This document shows, piece by piece, positions 1 to 12,900 of a stretch of DNA of 64,000 nucleotides. The stretch lies in contig SMSO01000036.1 in NCBI GenBank assembly GCA_004764695.1, forward strand, positions 1,426,001 to 1,490,000, written 5' to 3'. Origin of the DNA: Schizochytrium sp. TIO01 (lineage: Eukaryota; Protista; Bigyra: Labyrinthulomycetes). Under the pieces are notes generated by a model that saw nothing but the letters and a program-made list of their open reading frames with translations, was not told where the DNA came from and did not search any database. A program made the position numbers and the translations under genes. The first letter of the stretch is position 1; the number at the start of each line of letters is the position of its first letter.

Positions 1-95
1 CATTCATTCATTCATTTGTTTGTTTGTTTGTTTATTTGTTTATTTGTTTATTTGGCTGACTGATTATTTCATTCATTCATTCATTCATTCATTCA
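1..95. repeat. Compound microsatellite (CATT)n/(GTTT)n/(ATTT)n
   Basis: Tetranucleotide repeats visible directly; probably truncated by the window edge. Confidence 0.95.
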
Positions 96-773
96 CTGTT
101 TATTAGGAGCTCAACCCGAACTTCAGACTTCTAACTAAAAGTTCGTCTTCTCAACCTCGCTAGTACCTTCCAATACTTACAGGTACCTACCGCTCCCTTT
201 CGCAAGGTGTGCACTGGACTGCTACTCTATACGCTATCTACCGCCCCCTAGGACCGCTGAGGCGTGGGACCTTTCGGGGCAAATGTCACGTGGAGATACT
301 TTAGCTGTAACGCTAGGAGTGGTGGCGGCTGAGTTGGCGCTTGGGCGGCGGCGTCGAGCGGCGTCTTTTCCTTAGGACCGGCTTAGGGTCAGCTAGGATG
401 GGAAGATCGAGCGCGAGCGGAGTGATTTTCGATTCAGGTTTCTGGCGGAGAAAGGGACTGAAGCAGAGCACTTCTCAGTCTCTGAGAAGGCACGCGCAAA
501 GAGGTGTGAGAGGACGCTGTTTAAGCCAGGCAAAAGCCCGTGAGCGGGTTCTTCAATCTTCGCTCCCATCATCCGCAGCTTGGTTTGTTTTAGCGAAGCT
601 CGGCGGAACAGGAAAGTTTGGAGGCGAAGTCATGAACTTCGAAACGTTGAACTTCGGACATAGACGAAGAATACACCTCGGTAGCAGTACATAGGCACGC
701 AGTAGGGGTGGAGGGATTAGGAGTGAAGGCGAATATTTTACTTTGGTTTACTATGAAGTTTTAAACCATTGCT

Positions 774-804
<31 letters not shown>

Positions 805-849
805 GATTAATAGTTTGTTTGTATTGTTTTTAATTGAGGGGGAATTGAA

Positions 850-1650
850 GGACTCGAAGAACTTGGAGAGGATGATGAAGTCCTCCTCTCGCCTCGCTTC
901 TCTTCTAATCCGGATTCTTTCTTTTGCAATCTTGAAAGAAGACAGTATGTTGCAACGATGTAGACGAGAAACTCTCCCGTGTGAAGTGCACCTGCTCTTG
1001 CATCTGCAGGAGTCTTTCGATCAACGTCGCATTTATGGCGATCTGCTCAGAAAAAAAGTCAGACCCACCATGTAGAACATAACAAGAGTAAGGCCGTAGC
1101 AATATGATATTTTATTCTAGTAATAAAACAAGAGGTAATGTTGATAATAATCTGCTGCTTAGTTTTAATTGAAACAAACCTTGGAGATTGGGCAAAGATC
1201 TCAAGATAGATCGCCATGTTTTGAGAGCTGACAATGGCTTTAAAGATCGCATTTCTTTCCACAGAAGCCGTGACTTTCTTTTCTACAACGCCGCTGCTGG
1301 CGTTTTCGATCCCGGCATGAGCAGCGAGTGCAAACTTTGTAAAAGTGAATGAATGATGGACAAGGCGGCGGGCGCTTAATAACCTGCAGAATAAAGAGTT
1401 GAGACGAGTTGCAGATCGCAACGTTGAAACATCTTGTAAAACTGAGCTCAGAAACTAGCACTAGAAGCTGCGCAGTAGGTTTGAAACTGACGCTAGAAAT
1501 ATGCATCGACCACTTCTTCATCCAAAAGCGGCAGAAATAGTAGCCTGGTTTCCCTGACCTCCATGGATTGAAACAGCGGATTGTCCTTCGCCTCGCGTTG
1601 TTGATTCCATGTAGCAGTTAGATGGCTGTCAAGATGTTCGATTAGCTGGC
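850..1650 (-). pseudogene. Possible decayed coding sequence of unknown family
   Basis: One minus frame reads protein-like (QLIEHLDSHLTATWNQQREAKDNPLFQSMEVRETRLLFLPLLDEEVVDAYF*RQFQ...LLRPYSCYVLHGGSDFF...) with about 6 stops in ~265 codons; no family recognised. Confidence 0.25.
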
Positions 1651-2719
1651 TAGATAGTGAGTGAGCAAGCAAGCAAGCAAATAATTGAAGAAGTAGGAGG
1701 GATCCTCATAGAATGAGCCTTGGCTTTGGGAGCCTTTTTGTTAGGAGGCGGTATTTTCAGCAAGACTTCTCGTTTCTCGTAGGAACTCTGCCTCGTTTAC
1801 GATAGGTCAAAGCTCTTTCTTCCTCTCTCTTTAGTTCTTTACTTTTAAAACCTAGAAGACCTCATTTCATCCCATATCACTCACTGGTACATGGAACAAG
1901 AATACTTACTCCTCGTAACTTCTTCTCTCCCGGCCTCGCAAGTGAAAACGGAAGCATCTCCTTCTATTTCTAAGAAACGAAAAACTTTCCTTAAAAAACC
2001 AATTCACTTTCTAGTTTTCACAAGTTTAAAGATATTTATTTTTAAAAATTATTAAAACATAGAATTATTTCACTTTAATTTTTTTTAACATAAATATATA
2101 ATTTTAACACTAAATTGATTTAATAACATTAAAAGCTGTCAGTAACATTTTTTTTTGTTAAGAATTGTTTTAAAAGAATAATATTTTTAAATAGAATGGC
2201 ACATCATCATAATACTAATTTGATTAAAATGTTTAAACTTAGCCTGGTTCTGGAAGTAAATTAAAAACATTAAAATGAAATAAAATGAAATAAAAACTGG
2301 AAGAAACCTCAACTCTCTTTGAAAACCTGTTCAAAAGAAGAAAAAGTTTACCCTGGCTGGCTGGCTGGCTGGCTTGCATTCTTTAAATGCTTCGGTGTGA
2401 AATTGGAAGTGATCCCAAAACACTTTTTTTCCAACGCGGATTTCTCACTCACTACTCCTACTCGGCGTTAGATGCATTGCCTAGTAGTTACATACCGACT
2501 GCTAGTGCTGGCGAGGAGGGGCGAGGCTACCGAAACGCCTAGTCTCATCTCTAAGGGGTGAATGCTAACAAAAGTAATTGTCCTGGCATCTCCTGAGCTC
2601 TTTGTCACATATATATATATATACACATACATACATAGACATAGACATAGACATGGCGATCTAAAAATATATGTGTATGCGTTTATTCATAGATATCGTC
2701 ACTTAGTTAGCACATCGAA

Positions 2720-4430
2720 GCGATCGACGTCTTGGCCTGAGCGGGAGCTGGTATGGCGTGGCGATCGAAGCTCAAGGCAGCTTTGAAATTAGAACGCGAG
2801 GCCGACGCCTCCGTGCTAGTCAGCGACCTGCTCTGAAGAAGCTGGCCGTCAAATTGCATCCTCAATGAATGAATTACACCAATTAGTCCACAAGAAGAGG
2901 CCGCCGAAATGTGCCTTGTATGCGTGCATGTATGCGTCCCGTGAGATGGCCGGCTTGAGCAGCTTGCTTGAGCCGAAGGCGGTCTCCGTCCGAGCGGGGA
3001 ATAAGCTGCTGCCATTGCAATCTGGAGCTTTCCGGTGTTGAAGCTTTCCGGTGATTTGCACAATTCGAGATACCACGGATGAGATCAACGTACTTACAGA
3101 GGGATCTCCAGCCTCAGCTGGCTGCTGTGGACTGGCATGAAGATGAATAAATCCCTGCTCGACGGGCAGCTAGCTAGCTATGGATGGATGGATGGATGGA
3201 TGGATGGATGGAAGGGTATCCACGACGTCGAAGGATCAATGGCCTTGCGTAATTTTCTTCAAGATGATGAGCCTGACCTGCTCTATTCGACAAGCCCTCC
3301 ATCACAGGACGTGATGCTGGCTGGTTCTGAGCTTATCGTAATTTCTTGGTCTCATCTCCTTCTGGCCTGGCAGAGCCAAGGCTCGTTTGGCGGAGACAGC
3401 CAACGGCATTAATTACCCTGGTCTTGGTGCAGCGGATCCTGTGCTTTAGAAGCACCCGCTGCTGTCCATAATGATGGCGGTGATGGTGACGATGACGACT
3501 TCGATGTACTGTGCTGCTGCTGCTGCTCCTGCAGGTGGTGGTGGTTGAAGAATTGATTGATTATGAGTCCAGCAGGCCAGCTCCCGCCGTCCCAGACGCT
3601 GTCCAAAACCAGCAAGTCTGGCTTAATGAGTGCTCGTGGCTGCGGTTTCTCGTGCCCTGCTAGCAGATCTTGCCGGTGACAGACGAAGACGAACGGGCAC
3701 GAAGAGCGATCGTTTTGTCCAAGCGGTTAGCAGCCGATCTTGAAGGACTACAGGGATGTATGTATGTATGTATGTATGTGGTGATGCGAGAGAAGCTCTC
3801 GATTGATCTCGAGCCGCTAACACCGTCGCGCATTGTTTGCGCTGTAGAATGCTCGCCGTCTGAAGAGCGACGACGACGAGGTGTCGATCGCTTCTGCCTG
3901 ATCGTTGTTGAGGGGCTGCAAAAAAGAGGTTAGCTGCGAGACCAGAAGAGCAGCACTTCTGTCCATGCGGAAATTCTCTGCTGCATCTCTCTCACCCGTG
4001 CCAGCTCTCGTTTCGGTCCGCGCAGATACACAAAAGCAAGCACTGTTCAGCCAAGAGGATCGATAGCTGCGCAGTCGCGGAGGAGGAATCGCAAAGAATA
4101 GCGACCGATCGGCTCGACAGCGCTTTTATTCACCCCAATCGCTGTTGTTTGTCTTCTTATCATCTCTAATGCATGCATCAAACATCCTTCGCCATCTACG
4201 TCCTGGGCAACCAGCACCACGGCCCTCAACCAATGAATTAATTGCAAAGTTGATATGGGATCGACGCCCAACTCGCCACAGCACATCAAAAGCCGAGGTG
4301 GACAAAAGCCGAGGCAGGATTAGGACGCTTCGGCGGCAAGCCATGCCATGCACGCCACTGAGCTGGCAACTATCCCAGAGCAGCTCCATCGCATCGTGTG
4401 CAGAATCGAAGACTCGAACGTGATGTAAAG
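2720..4430 (-). mobile_element. Fossil non-LTR retrotransposon (LINE) RT/thumb region
   Basis: Collinear degenerate motifs across frames: SAHDAMELL (~4400), SAFDVLW (4276-4295), ELGV..LIHWLR, LEINRELLSHHHI (3776-3812; cf. GVxIDxxLxxxxHI), RALIKPDLLVLDSVW (3592-3636; cf. YxALIRPxLxYxxxVW). Confidence 0.6.
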
Positions 4431-4649
4431 CGCCACCTACCTAATTCCAATCTACGAGCAATCTCAGATGGTCAATCGCACTTACACACACAGTCAGTAG
4501 TCCCCCGTAGGAGGGCCCTAAGAAGCCTAGGCGTAACGGCTCACGCGTGCTGTCATGTTCATAAGTTGCCTTTGGAGAATTCGATTGAAAACCGCACATA
4601 GGTACGTATTGGCACGAGTTGGAGACCAGGACAGCGACAGAGACAGTCG

Positions 4650-4820
4650 CTCGAGAGCAGGGCCCAACGGTCCTACATGGATGGCAGCCTGGCCCGCAGA
4701 GGTGGAGGGACCTGAGCAGAGTTCGCGGATGCGGATTCCCAAGCCTGTTTCACTCACTTCCTTCCTGTGGGTGTCGCAGGGTGTGCACTCACTCCTGAGG
4801 TCTGCTTGAAGACCTCCAAG
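4650..4820 (+). mobile_element. Fossil RNase H fragment (LINE-type)
   Basis: In one frame: YMDGS (4674-4688) LARRGGGT*AEF...FLPVGVAGCALTPEV, resembling YTDGS..GxG....AE of retroelement RNase H; TGA at 4713 where Gly is expected. Confidence 0.45.
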
Positions 4821-5229
4821 TGGACGTACGTACGTGTGATCCGGTTCTTTGGGGATTATCCATCTTTCACCTGTGCCGAAATAAGCGACGATGATTGTAA
4901 AAGAATGATGATCATGATCATGATGATCATCAGCAATATGTGGTGGTGCTTTGAAGAAGGGTCTGCAGAACAGGAGGAACACTTGGGACGTACGGGGTCC
5001 GCCATGACGCACAAGCAGAACTCACGAATTCACTCACCCACCCACATACACACACTCACACTCACTCACTCACTCACTCACTCACTCCCTCACTTACTCG
5101 CTGTGAAGAAGATGGCCATTTATTCCAGCCTTGCAGAAACCTCCACTTCAACAAGATCTGGTATGCGATGTTATTTTCGCCCTCACCGTCGCAAAAAAGT
5201 GCATAGTTTGGCTTGGTTTGCTTGTTTCA

Positions 5230-5940
5230 TGAATGGCTGAGTCGTTTGCACGATGGTGGATTAAAGCCGCTGCTGCCTCGTTATTGATGAGGATCATTGA
5301 AACCTAGCTTAATCCCTAGATGATGTTGACGGAGACTAAAGGCCCTCACACGCTGTTGAAGCGGAGGGGCAAAGGATGAGGTAGATGGTTTGCTCGACTA
5401 ATCCTAGTTTACCTTTTATCCAGCCAAAACTCGGAAGCCTCCGAAATCTCAGCTCATGGGAAATTTGACAAGGTTGATATCCATAAGGGTTAATACCTTA
5501 CTTGACAGCAGATTGCGAATAAGATTAACGAAAGCCATCGGAAAACCCAGGAAATGGCCAGTTGACAGTATCGCCAGCGAGAAACGAGGCAGCAGCGTGT
5601 GTTTTAAATTTCTTCTGCATTGGCATTCCAAAAAAGAAAACTCGTCTTACGAGATGATGAAACTCTCCAGGACTCTTCTGCTAATTCACTTGAATGAAAT
5701 AAGCGATGCCTAAGTGCACCATGCTGAGATGCATTCACGTATGGAGGGAGCCTTTGCACCCTTATCTCTCGCGACTGATCCGTACAATGAAATAGCAGCA
5801 CACGAACTCACGTCTCTCGCTTGTTTCTGCGCATCGCTTGCCTTATCGCACCGCGCTTCAGTGAGGCACCATCTGCATCGGCATAAACATGTAGCGCAAC
5901 ACGATCTTCGACAGAGCTTGCGAGAGGGAAGTGCGAGCGG
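5230..5940 (-). mobile_element. Fossil L1/Tx1-like LINE reverse transcriptase
   Basis: Ordered motifs: RLPPYVNASQHG (5718-5753), DTVNWPF then frameshift to LGFPMAFVNLIRNLLS (5503-5572; cf. AFDTVNWxFL...GFP..F...I), PLPLRFNSV*GPL (~5338-5375; cf. PLSPLLFNxVxEPL), LRQHHLGIKLG, HHRANDSAI (cf. FADD). Confidence 0.65.
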
Positions 5941-8361
5941 AAAGAGGAAGATAATCCACGAAACCAACTTGAACACTGGAGTGTCTTTTACTTTTGCCAC
6001 TCTGTATTACGTACCTAACTAGCTGGCAGCTTACTGCAAATTAAGAAAGTATCTCAAAAGATGAAGAGCCGCTAACTACTCGGTAGGTCCTTATCTTAGA
6101 AATGTTATAGCTACATCCCACGTCGTGACGATAGCATGCAACGAATGGCAACCCTCTTTAGGTTAATCGAATCGCACAGCAGTGTTTGCGCGAAAGGAGC
6201 GGGTTCCATCTCGCGGGAGGGCTTTGCAGGGGTTTGGTCCGGCCGCCGACATATTATATATGGGGTTGGAACTGCTTTTTCATTTTATTCTTCAAAGGGT
6301 GATTACTGGTTGGCTCGCATTGTGACCCCGACTTAGAAACAGAAAACATATCATTTAAAAATAAATAGTTTTTTGAAATACACAGACAATTTACTTTATA
6401 CATAAAGAACATACGATATTTCCTCCATTGATTGGGCAATCGAAAGAATGAACTTTTCAATAGAGGTTGCGGTCTCATCAGCAGCTGAACACACCACATC
6501 AGATATCCCCTTTCAAAGTCACTCTCTCATTTATTTATATTTTTTACTATAAAAAAGTAGAATCCATTTATTTGATGAAAGAAGCGCTGTCTGAGATTAT
6601 TTGCTCCCAATGTTTTCTCCTTGTTATTTTTTTATATTAAAACTATAAACAAACAAAAGAGAACTAAACTCTTTCGTGTAGTACTAAACAGCGAAAGAAA
6701 TTTATTTTGGTCTCCCTGTACTACCATAAATTAAATATGTACTACCATTAATGGTTTAAGTACTACCATTTTTTAATTTCTGCAGAGTGGGTGCAGCCTA
6801 CATTCGCTCATTCATTAAAACTTTTCTTTATGAGCCGGGAGACGGATAAAGTTGAATTTAAGCTTCTTTTGATACACAATACCAAAAACAACATTGCATT
6901 TTTTTTAAAACCCAGGTTAAGAAAATGTCAAAATCTTAAATTTTTGTTACTCGTTTGAAGAGGCTCTATATCTTTAAATGGTCGATTTCTTTACTCGTAA
7001 AAAGGCAACAAGAGTGTTGCAATAGTTCATCATGGTGGTGACTACCGTTGCGCAGGTATAGATAGACGCAGAACGTCCAGAGTAGAGTGTTGGCACAGTG
7101 TTTCATTAATAGGCCCTTCTTCTTTCAGAAAAGTTTAAAAAGGGCGAACTGTCGATTGTCCTCCCTTTGAATAAATCTAGGAGATGCAGCTTGGGTTACC
7201 TATAGTGCTTACATTTTTGTTGACTCCTCACAATTCAGTTTTCAATTTTCACCACACTAAATGAATAAATTTTCATGTCTTTCCCAGGATCTAAAGAATA
7301 ATATAAAAGAAATGTCAGCCAAACTTTGGGCCACCAGAGATGTCGAATTTGTAAGCTGCGGCTCTTTACCAGAACATTTTTTATTTGACTTGACTTATCC
7401 AACACTAACAGAATATCACTATTTTATGAGCAAATCTTAGAGAAGATTCTTCTTTACATTAGTAGTACCTCGAGTAAGAAGGCTCAACGAGCATGGTGTC
7501 CCGGCTCTATCACAACAGCAAACATTATTTAATTCTTAATTCTATCTCTGTGCTTCTCGTTGCTCTCACGTGTTGAAACTAAACTTTTTGCTCATCTACT
7601 CCCATTATAAATACTCGTAAGTTTGGGTAAGAAAAAAAGAGTCATCCAAAGAATCGTGATCATGCCTCTTTTAAAAGTAAAAATTGTTTAATTTGGTAGT
7701 ACTAGAGATTTTGCCACTCACAGAATGGAATCGCTCCTCACTTCATTTTTTAATCGATTTTGTTTCAGGTCGCGGACCAAGTTTTGAGGCCTCATTCTGC
7801 TCGCAAACGGAAAAGAAGTGTTTGCGTCCTTCATTCCATTTATAAAAAGCCCAAAGACCTAAAGAAAGAGTACAACCTTCGTATTAGTTGCGCTGGCACG
7901 TTCGGTCGATGGCTTTAAGTCCTATGGCATTTCCATGGTCGCTGATTTTCCATTCAAAGCCGTAGTTTGGTTGCAATTCTCCAAATCGCAGGTACCTCGG
8001 CAGAAGCTCCTCGTTGGATCCAGACGCGGCCGATATCGTTGCGAGGACGCCCACATATCTCTATAGATCCTCAAACTGTGCAACCGAGGCGTTCAAGATG
8101 GTCTTGGACGGCGGTTTATCCAGTTGCAGGCAGAGCTGATCAGTGCAACATGTGCAGCCCGGTAATAGCGTGGAGGAAAAGATCATGAGAATAAAAGCGT
8201 ATTCTTGCTCTGTCGGTTTGCTTGCAAAAGCGTTGACTGACAAGAGCGTGCGCAGCCCAGGCCAGCCTGAGCGCGCTGATAGTTTATGTTGGTTGCGCGA
8301 CTCTTCGAACGAATTACATTGAGGTACATTCGTCCATTAGGTGCAATGCTTTAGTTTATAG

Positions 8362-8398
8362 TAATAATAATAATAATTATTATTATTATTATTATTAT
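8362..8398. repeat. Inverted trinucleotide microsatellite (TAA)n(TTA)n
   Basis: Self-complementary AT-only tract seen directly. Confidence 0.9.
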
Positions 8399-9722
8399 AC
8401 TGATGGTAAATAACAAATTAAAAACTCCTGTTTTCGAAAATAATAAGTTAAAAAAGGTGCGCTTTCCACCGTCATGATGGGAACTTGAAAGCAGTAATAA
8501 GCGCGGAGACGGCAAAGACAGGACATAGAAGATGAAGACGAGACCTGCGAGAACTTGCGCCGCGAGCTCGCGAGAGACTCGTACACTCAGGACCTCCGGC
8601 AGCGGACCAGGCACTGCTCGATCTTTCTGGGCGGTTTTTGCACGTTGGATACGTATGCGCTGGCTGGCGTGAGTGGCCTGGAATGCATCTCTCTCCCTCT
8701 CTGTGACAGGCGATGGGAATTAAAAACAATATCGATATTGAAAACATGTGCAAACCAACCTTAGGTCAATCCTGGACAGGCGAGCAAGTAAGTAAGTGAG
8801 TAAGTAAGCAAGTGAGTGAAGGAGTGAGCGAGTGAGCAAACCTCCGGCTGTATCGACGGGCCTTGTGGAATCAATCATCTCTCGTGACCAGCATCTCCAT
8901 TCATCTCTCGCACGTTGGTGGTTCCGAGTATACTCTTGCTCTGAGCAGCCGCACCTGGGCTACGCTCGCACTCATGTCCAGTTCGTCGTAAGTTTTAATT
9001 GTAATATTTTCACATTGAATTAAAATATTAATATTAATTCTAATTTTAATTTTAATTCTTTTAATAGAACTCTAAGAACATTTTATCAATCAAAAGGGAT
9101 GAAACCTAAACTCAGGCTTCTCTCCCTGTTTCCTTGTCATAAATCAAATAAACTTTCTCATCGATGGCAACCATAACCTGTGGCGCATTTGTCAATCGAA
9201 AGCTCCGTTGCGTTGTGTTGCTCCTCTCGGTCACAAAGATAGGACACCGATGCGTGCATGTTGACCCTGCGTGCATTGCATGCAAAAGATCTTCGATATC
9301 TTCCCTCCTGCTGGCGGGTGGTGCTTTCCAAGGCCGCTGCGCTCCATCCAGCCTGACAGTCGGGATGGCCATTTGCCAACCATGGCACGAGAAACCGCAT
9401 TTGCGCGGATGGATAGGATAGAGTCACTCCGCAACCCCGTTCGAGGCTGGGTTTAAAAGGCACTTTGATCGAGGAAGCAGTTGCACTGCAACACAACGCC
9501 ACGACGATGCTGAGTAACGAACGAAATCGCATCACCGCTATGATATGACCGACCTTGAAACTTATGAGGATAGCCAAGGCGCTCTTCCATAGCGTGGGCC
9601 GAGCTGAAGACCTTCTTCGAAAGCACCGTAGGCAACAGCCGCCCGCATTGGTCCATAAGCCCACCAGCGCTGCGATCGTATGTCTGACTGACTGACTGTC
9701 TGCAGAATTGGCATCTATTGAG

Positions 9723-9992
9723 TTCATTCATTCATTCATTCATACATTTATTCATTCATACATTCATTCATTCATTCATACATTCATTCATTCATACATT
9801 CATTCATTCATTCATACATTCATTCATTCATACATTCATTCATTCATTCATACATTCATTCATTCATACATACATTCATTCATTCATTCATTCATTCATT
9901 CATTCATTCATTCATTCATTCATTCATTCATTCATTCATACATTCATACATTCATTCATTCATTCATTCATTCATTCATTCATTCATTTATT
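9723..9992. repeat. Compound microsatellite (TTCA)n with periodic TACA variants
   Basis: ~270 bp seen directly; accounts for the FIHS-repeat ORFs. Confidence 0.97.
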
Positions 9993-12900
9993 TATTGAGG
10001 AACACTATCTTGAGAGCGCCTGCGAACTGCCCGGTTCTTTGATATTGGCCATACGGAGGCACCTCCGTTCGTCCCCGTTCTGCTCGCAAACCTGAGAAGA
10101 CTGTTTGCGCTGTGCTTTTGTGGGAAGAATAGCAGCGGAGATTACGATCTCCTGTGGTGACGGAGTTGGCAGAAGTGACCTCCTCCTCCGCCGCCGCTTT
10201 TTAACGGGATCAGGCCTCCTTTTGGTGGGAAACAGGCCAACTCGCTCGCTTTGGTTGCATAACGCGGGGTTGCCTGTTGGACGAAAGCATCGTGGCTTGC
10301 AGGCTGGATTGAGTGCGAACAGTGCAACGAGCTGACTGAATGTTGCCCGCATGGCGCTCTGTCTGTTCGAATCAGCTCTATGCATGCCAGGGTTTCAAGA
10401 ATGAAAAATACTGTACCTAGGTACCTCTGTTCGCTTTTGAAAAAAAAAAAAAAACTAACTTTTAAAATTATGTATATATAGGTTATTATTTTGTTAGTGT
10501 AAAAAACATTTAAAAAGTTTTAATCTAAATTTTATTCATGATTGTTTTTTAATTTGATAATAAGTAATAATAATAATAAAAACGACGGGTATGTCAGCTC
10601 GAGCGATTCTTTTGATATTGATTTTTTCAATGCCTCAAAAAAAAACTGTAATTATCATTAGGCTTTAGACGCACCTATTTCCTTGGATACTTGAGCTTTG
10701 TATTATAATTTAAACTTTTAAATTGGTTTTTACAGTAAACCAAATATCACATTTGGCAGCATAATTTTAATTCACTTGAGATAATACATTGTCGAAACGA
10801 ATAATAATAACGCACCCATTTGTTTAAAGCACGTGAGGATTTTGTATATTGTAAATGGATAATTGCTTATGTTTACGCAATGTCCTACTTCGTTTCTAGG
10901 TGTGTGGCAGCATAGTAATATGGAGCCAATGTGTTTGTTTTTGGAATCACACGCTTGGCCTCGCAAAGAAAACACAATATCTTGCGCAGATAAATAAAAC
11001 AATTGAGCTACTGAGCTGGGTGAATTAAGTTAGAGCATTTTATTCACTTAAGATCGTCGCGCGAATGCTGGACATGATATACTGTTGCTTCTCTACGATA
11101 GAATTTGAGAGAAAAGGCATATGCTCATGCACTTGTTTACCTTTCCCTCTTCTGTACACCTTTGCCAATCTGCTTGTGGAATGGGAGCTGCAATTGTCGC
11201 AGTGCACTTTCGCCGCCTCTGACGAACAGCCTTTAATTATACCCCCACCCGACCTCTCACATGCCCTAGAAATTTATGGTTGGGTCCATCTAAGCCAACA
11301 GGGCATACGTCACGGAGTGTTGCGATCTTGTTCGCCCGCTCTAAGGTGACTCCCCGATTACAGAGTAAAACTGAACATTTGGCAATACAAAATAAATGGT
11401 TGCTAGAACCTAGTTAGCGTATTGAATGAGGCGAGCAGTAGGTTATTAGATGCCATCAGGATGCAATGTAAGCCATCCCATATCCATGACGCAAATCAAA
11501 TAGCTTGAAAGGACTGCCTTCTCAGGCCAGTCTGAGTGGCATAGTGGCATAGCACTACCACGTACTTCAAGTTTGTAGGATTGCTCCTGCTGGAAATCTC
11601 CACAAAAGTGGTTGGGTCCGAGCTTTGTGCCAACAAGCACGCTGCCGCAATTTACCGCGTCAGTTTTGCGCCACTCACTTTCTCTATCATAACAAGGGGG
11701 AACTAAATACAATACTGAAGAGTCCCATTTCCTATCTAAAAGAAGTAAAACACTACCTACTGTGTAATTCAGTGCAATTTCAACCCTTTCCCATATACCG
11801 TGCCCACAGATCCTCACAAAAGAAACCACCAGAGTGGTGGTCAAGAATCCATGTTTATACGAAAACTAATCGAGGAAGGGTCCTCCCAATACCTGTTCTT
11901 TTCGAAAACAGATGAGTCTTTCTCTACTATGACTATTAGATAGGTATAGAGTAAAGGGTTGATCTTTATTAGTTTTTTCTTGTTTTCTCTTAGATATGTG
12001 ATTCTTCTTTCTTTTTCTTTTTTAAACTAAATTATCACATGCAGATATTAATAAATAGCAAGCACTATCAAACAACAGGTCACCTACTTAGAAACCAAAA
12101 GATAGAAGTCCGCTATATACTCATTCATATGGCAACCTTTTCATTGCTCTTCGAACGAAATCTGCATGTTTGGCATGGTAGCATTAACAATTTTATGCTT
12201 CCTTTTCTTTGTAGTTTTATTCCATATTCCCTTCCTTATTCTTCCCTTTTGTAAAAATGCATTTCGTACGTCATGTACCAATTCTGGTTTGCGCTTCAAA
12301 GGTTTATCAAGATTTGCATCGTCAAAGCTTCTCGTTTAGGTAAATTTTTTCACCAGCACCAAAGTGGTAAGGATGAGATTTTTACAAAGAAAACACACGA
12401 CAAGCGCCAATCCCTCTCATGAATATTGCGTCACCTTTATTAAGAAGAAAACACATCCTGGCCACTCCAAAAGTTCTTGAAAATGGTAACGATCACCCAT
12501 GAGTTTAAAACCTGGCATACATGACGGTCGTTGAACCTTTTTTTAATTATTGTTGATTGCGCACCGGTCGATTCGCACTGATCGCTTCATTCATTATGTT
12601 ATGTAAGGAAGAAAACACTGTTTTTTGTTACCGAACACGATTCGCGGTCCCATTCCTAACATGATGGCAATTAGGTAATTAGGTAGAATGCAAACCCATT
12701 GACGGCTCTCCTCAAGCGTATGGATGTCGAAAGTCAGCAGCAATCCTTGAGTATAAACTTAAGGAAAGGTTAGTTAGAATTTTCTGACTTACGAGCAGAC
12801 TATGTCATCTTATTCAACTCCATTGAGACAGACAGTCTTGCACAGCATTATTAGATTCATTTTCATCAAGCTAGGTTGTTTACTTTGGGGATGGTACTTA

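Larger units (their letters stand above)
7950..10454 (+). mobile_element. Fossil RNase H-bearing LINE (RT-thumb-RNase H-polyA)
   Basis: RPISL (8027-8041), LAKA(F/L) (8221), RVYSCSEQPHLGYA (8925-8966; cf. LYxxxxRPHLEYA), ICADG*...RSRLG...ATTMLSNE (from 9399), YEDSQGAL (~9563-9586), and an A15 tract at 10440-10454, in the expected order and spacing. Confidence 0.6.

Noticed and set aside
5870-5905. LHVYADADGAS (minus strand) as a copia RNase H or YADD motif
   Set aside because: Out of order relative to the neighbouring LINE RT motifs, and no LTR or integrase evidence
9708-10095. FIHS-repeat ORFs (likewise IYLF ORFs at 28492-28874 and FFLS at 40147-40425)
   Set aside because: Microsatellite translations
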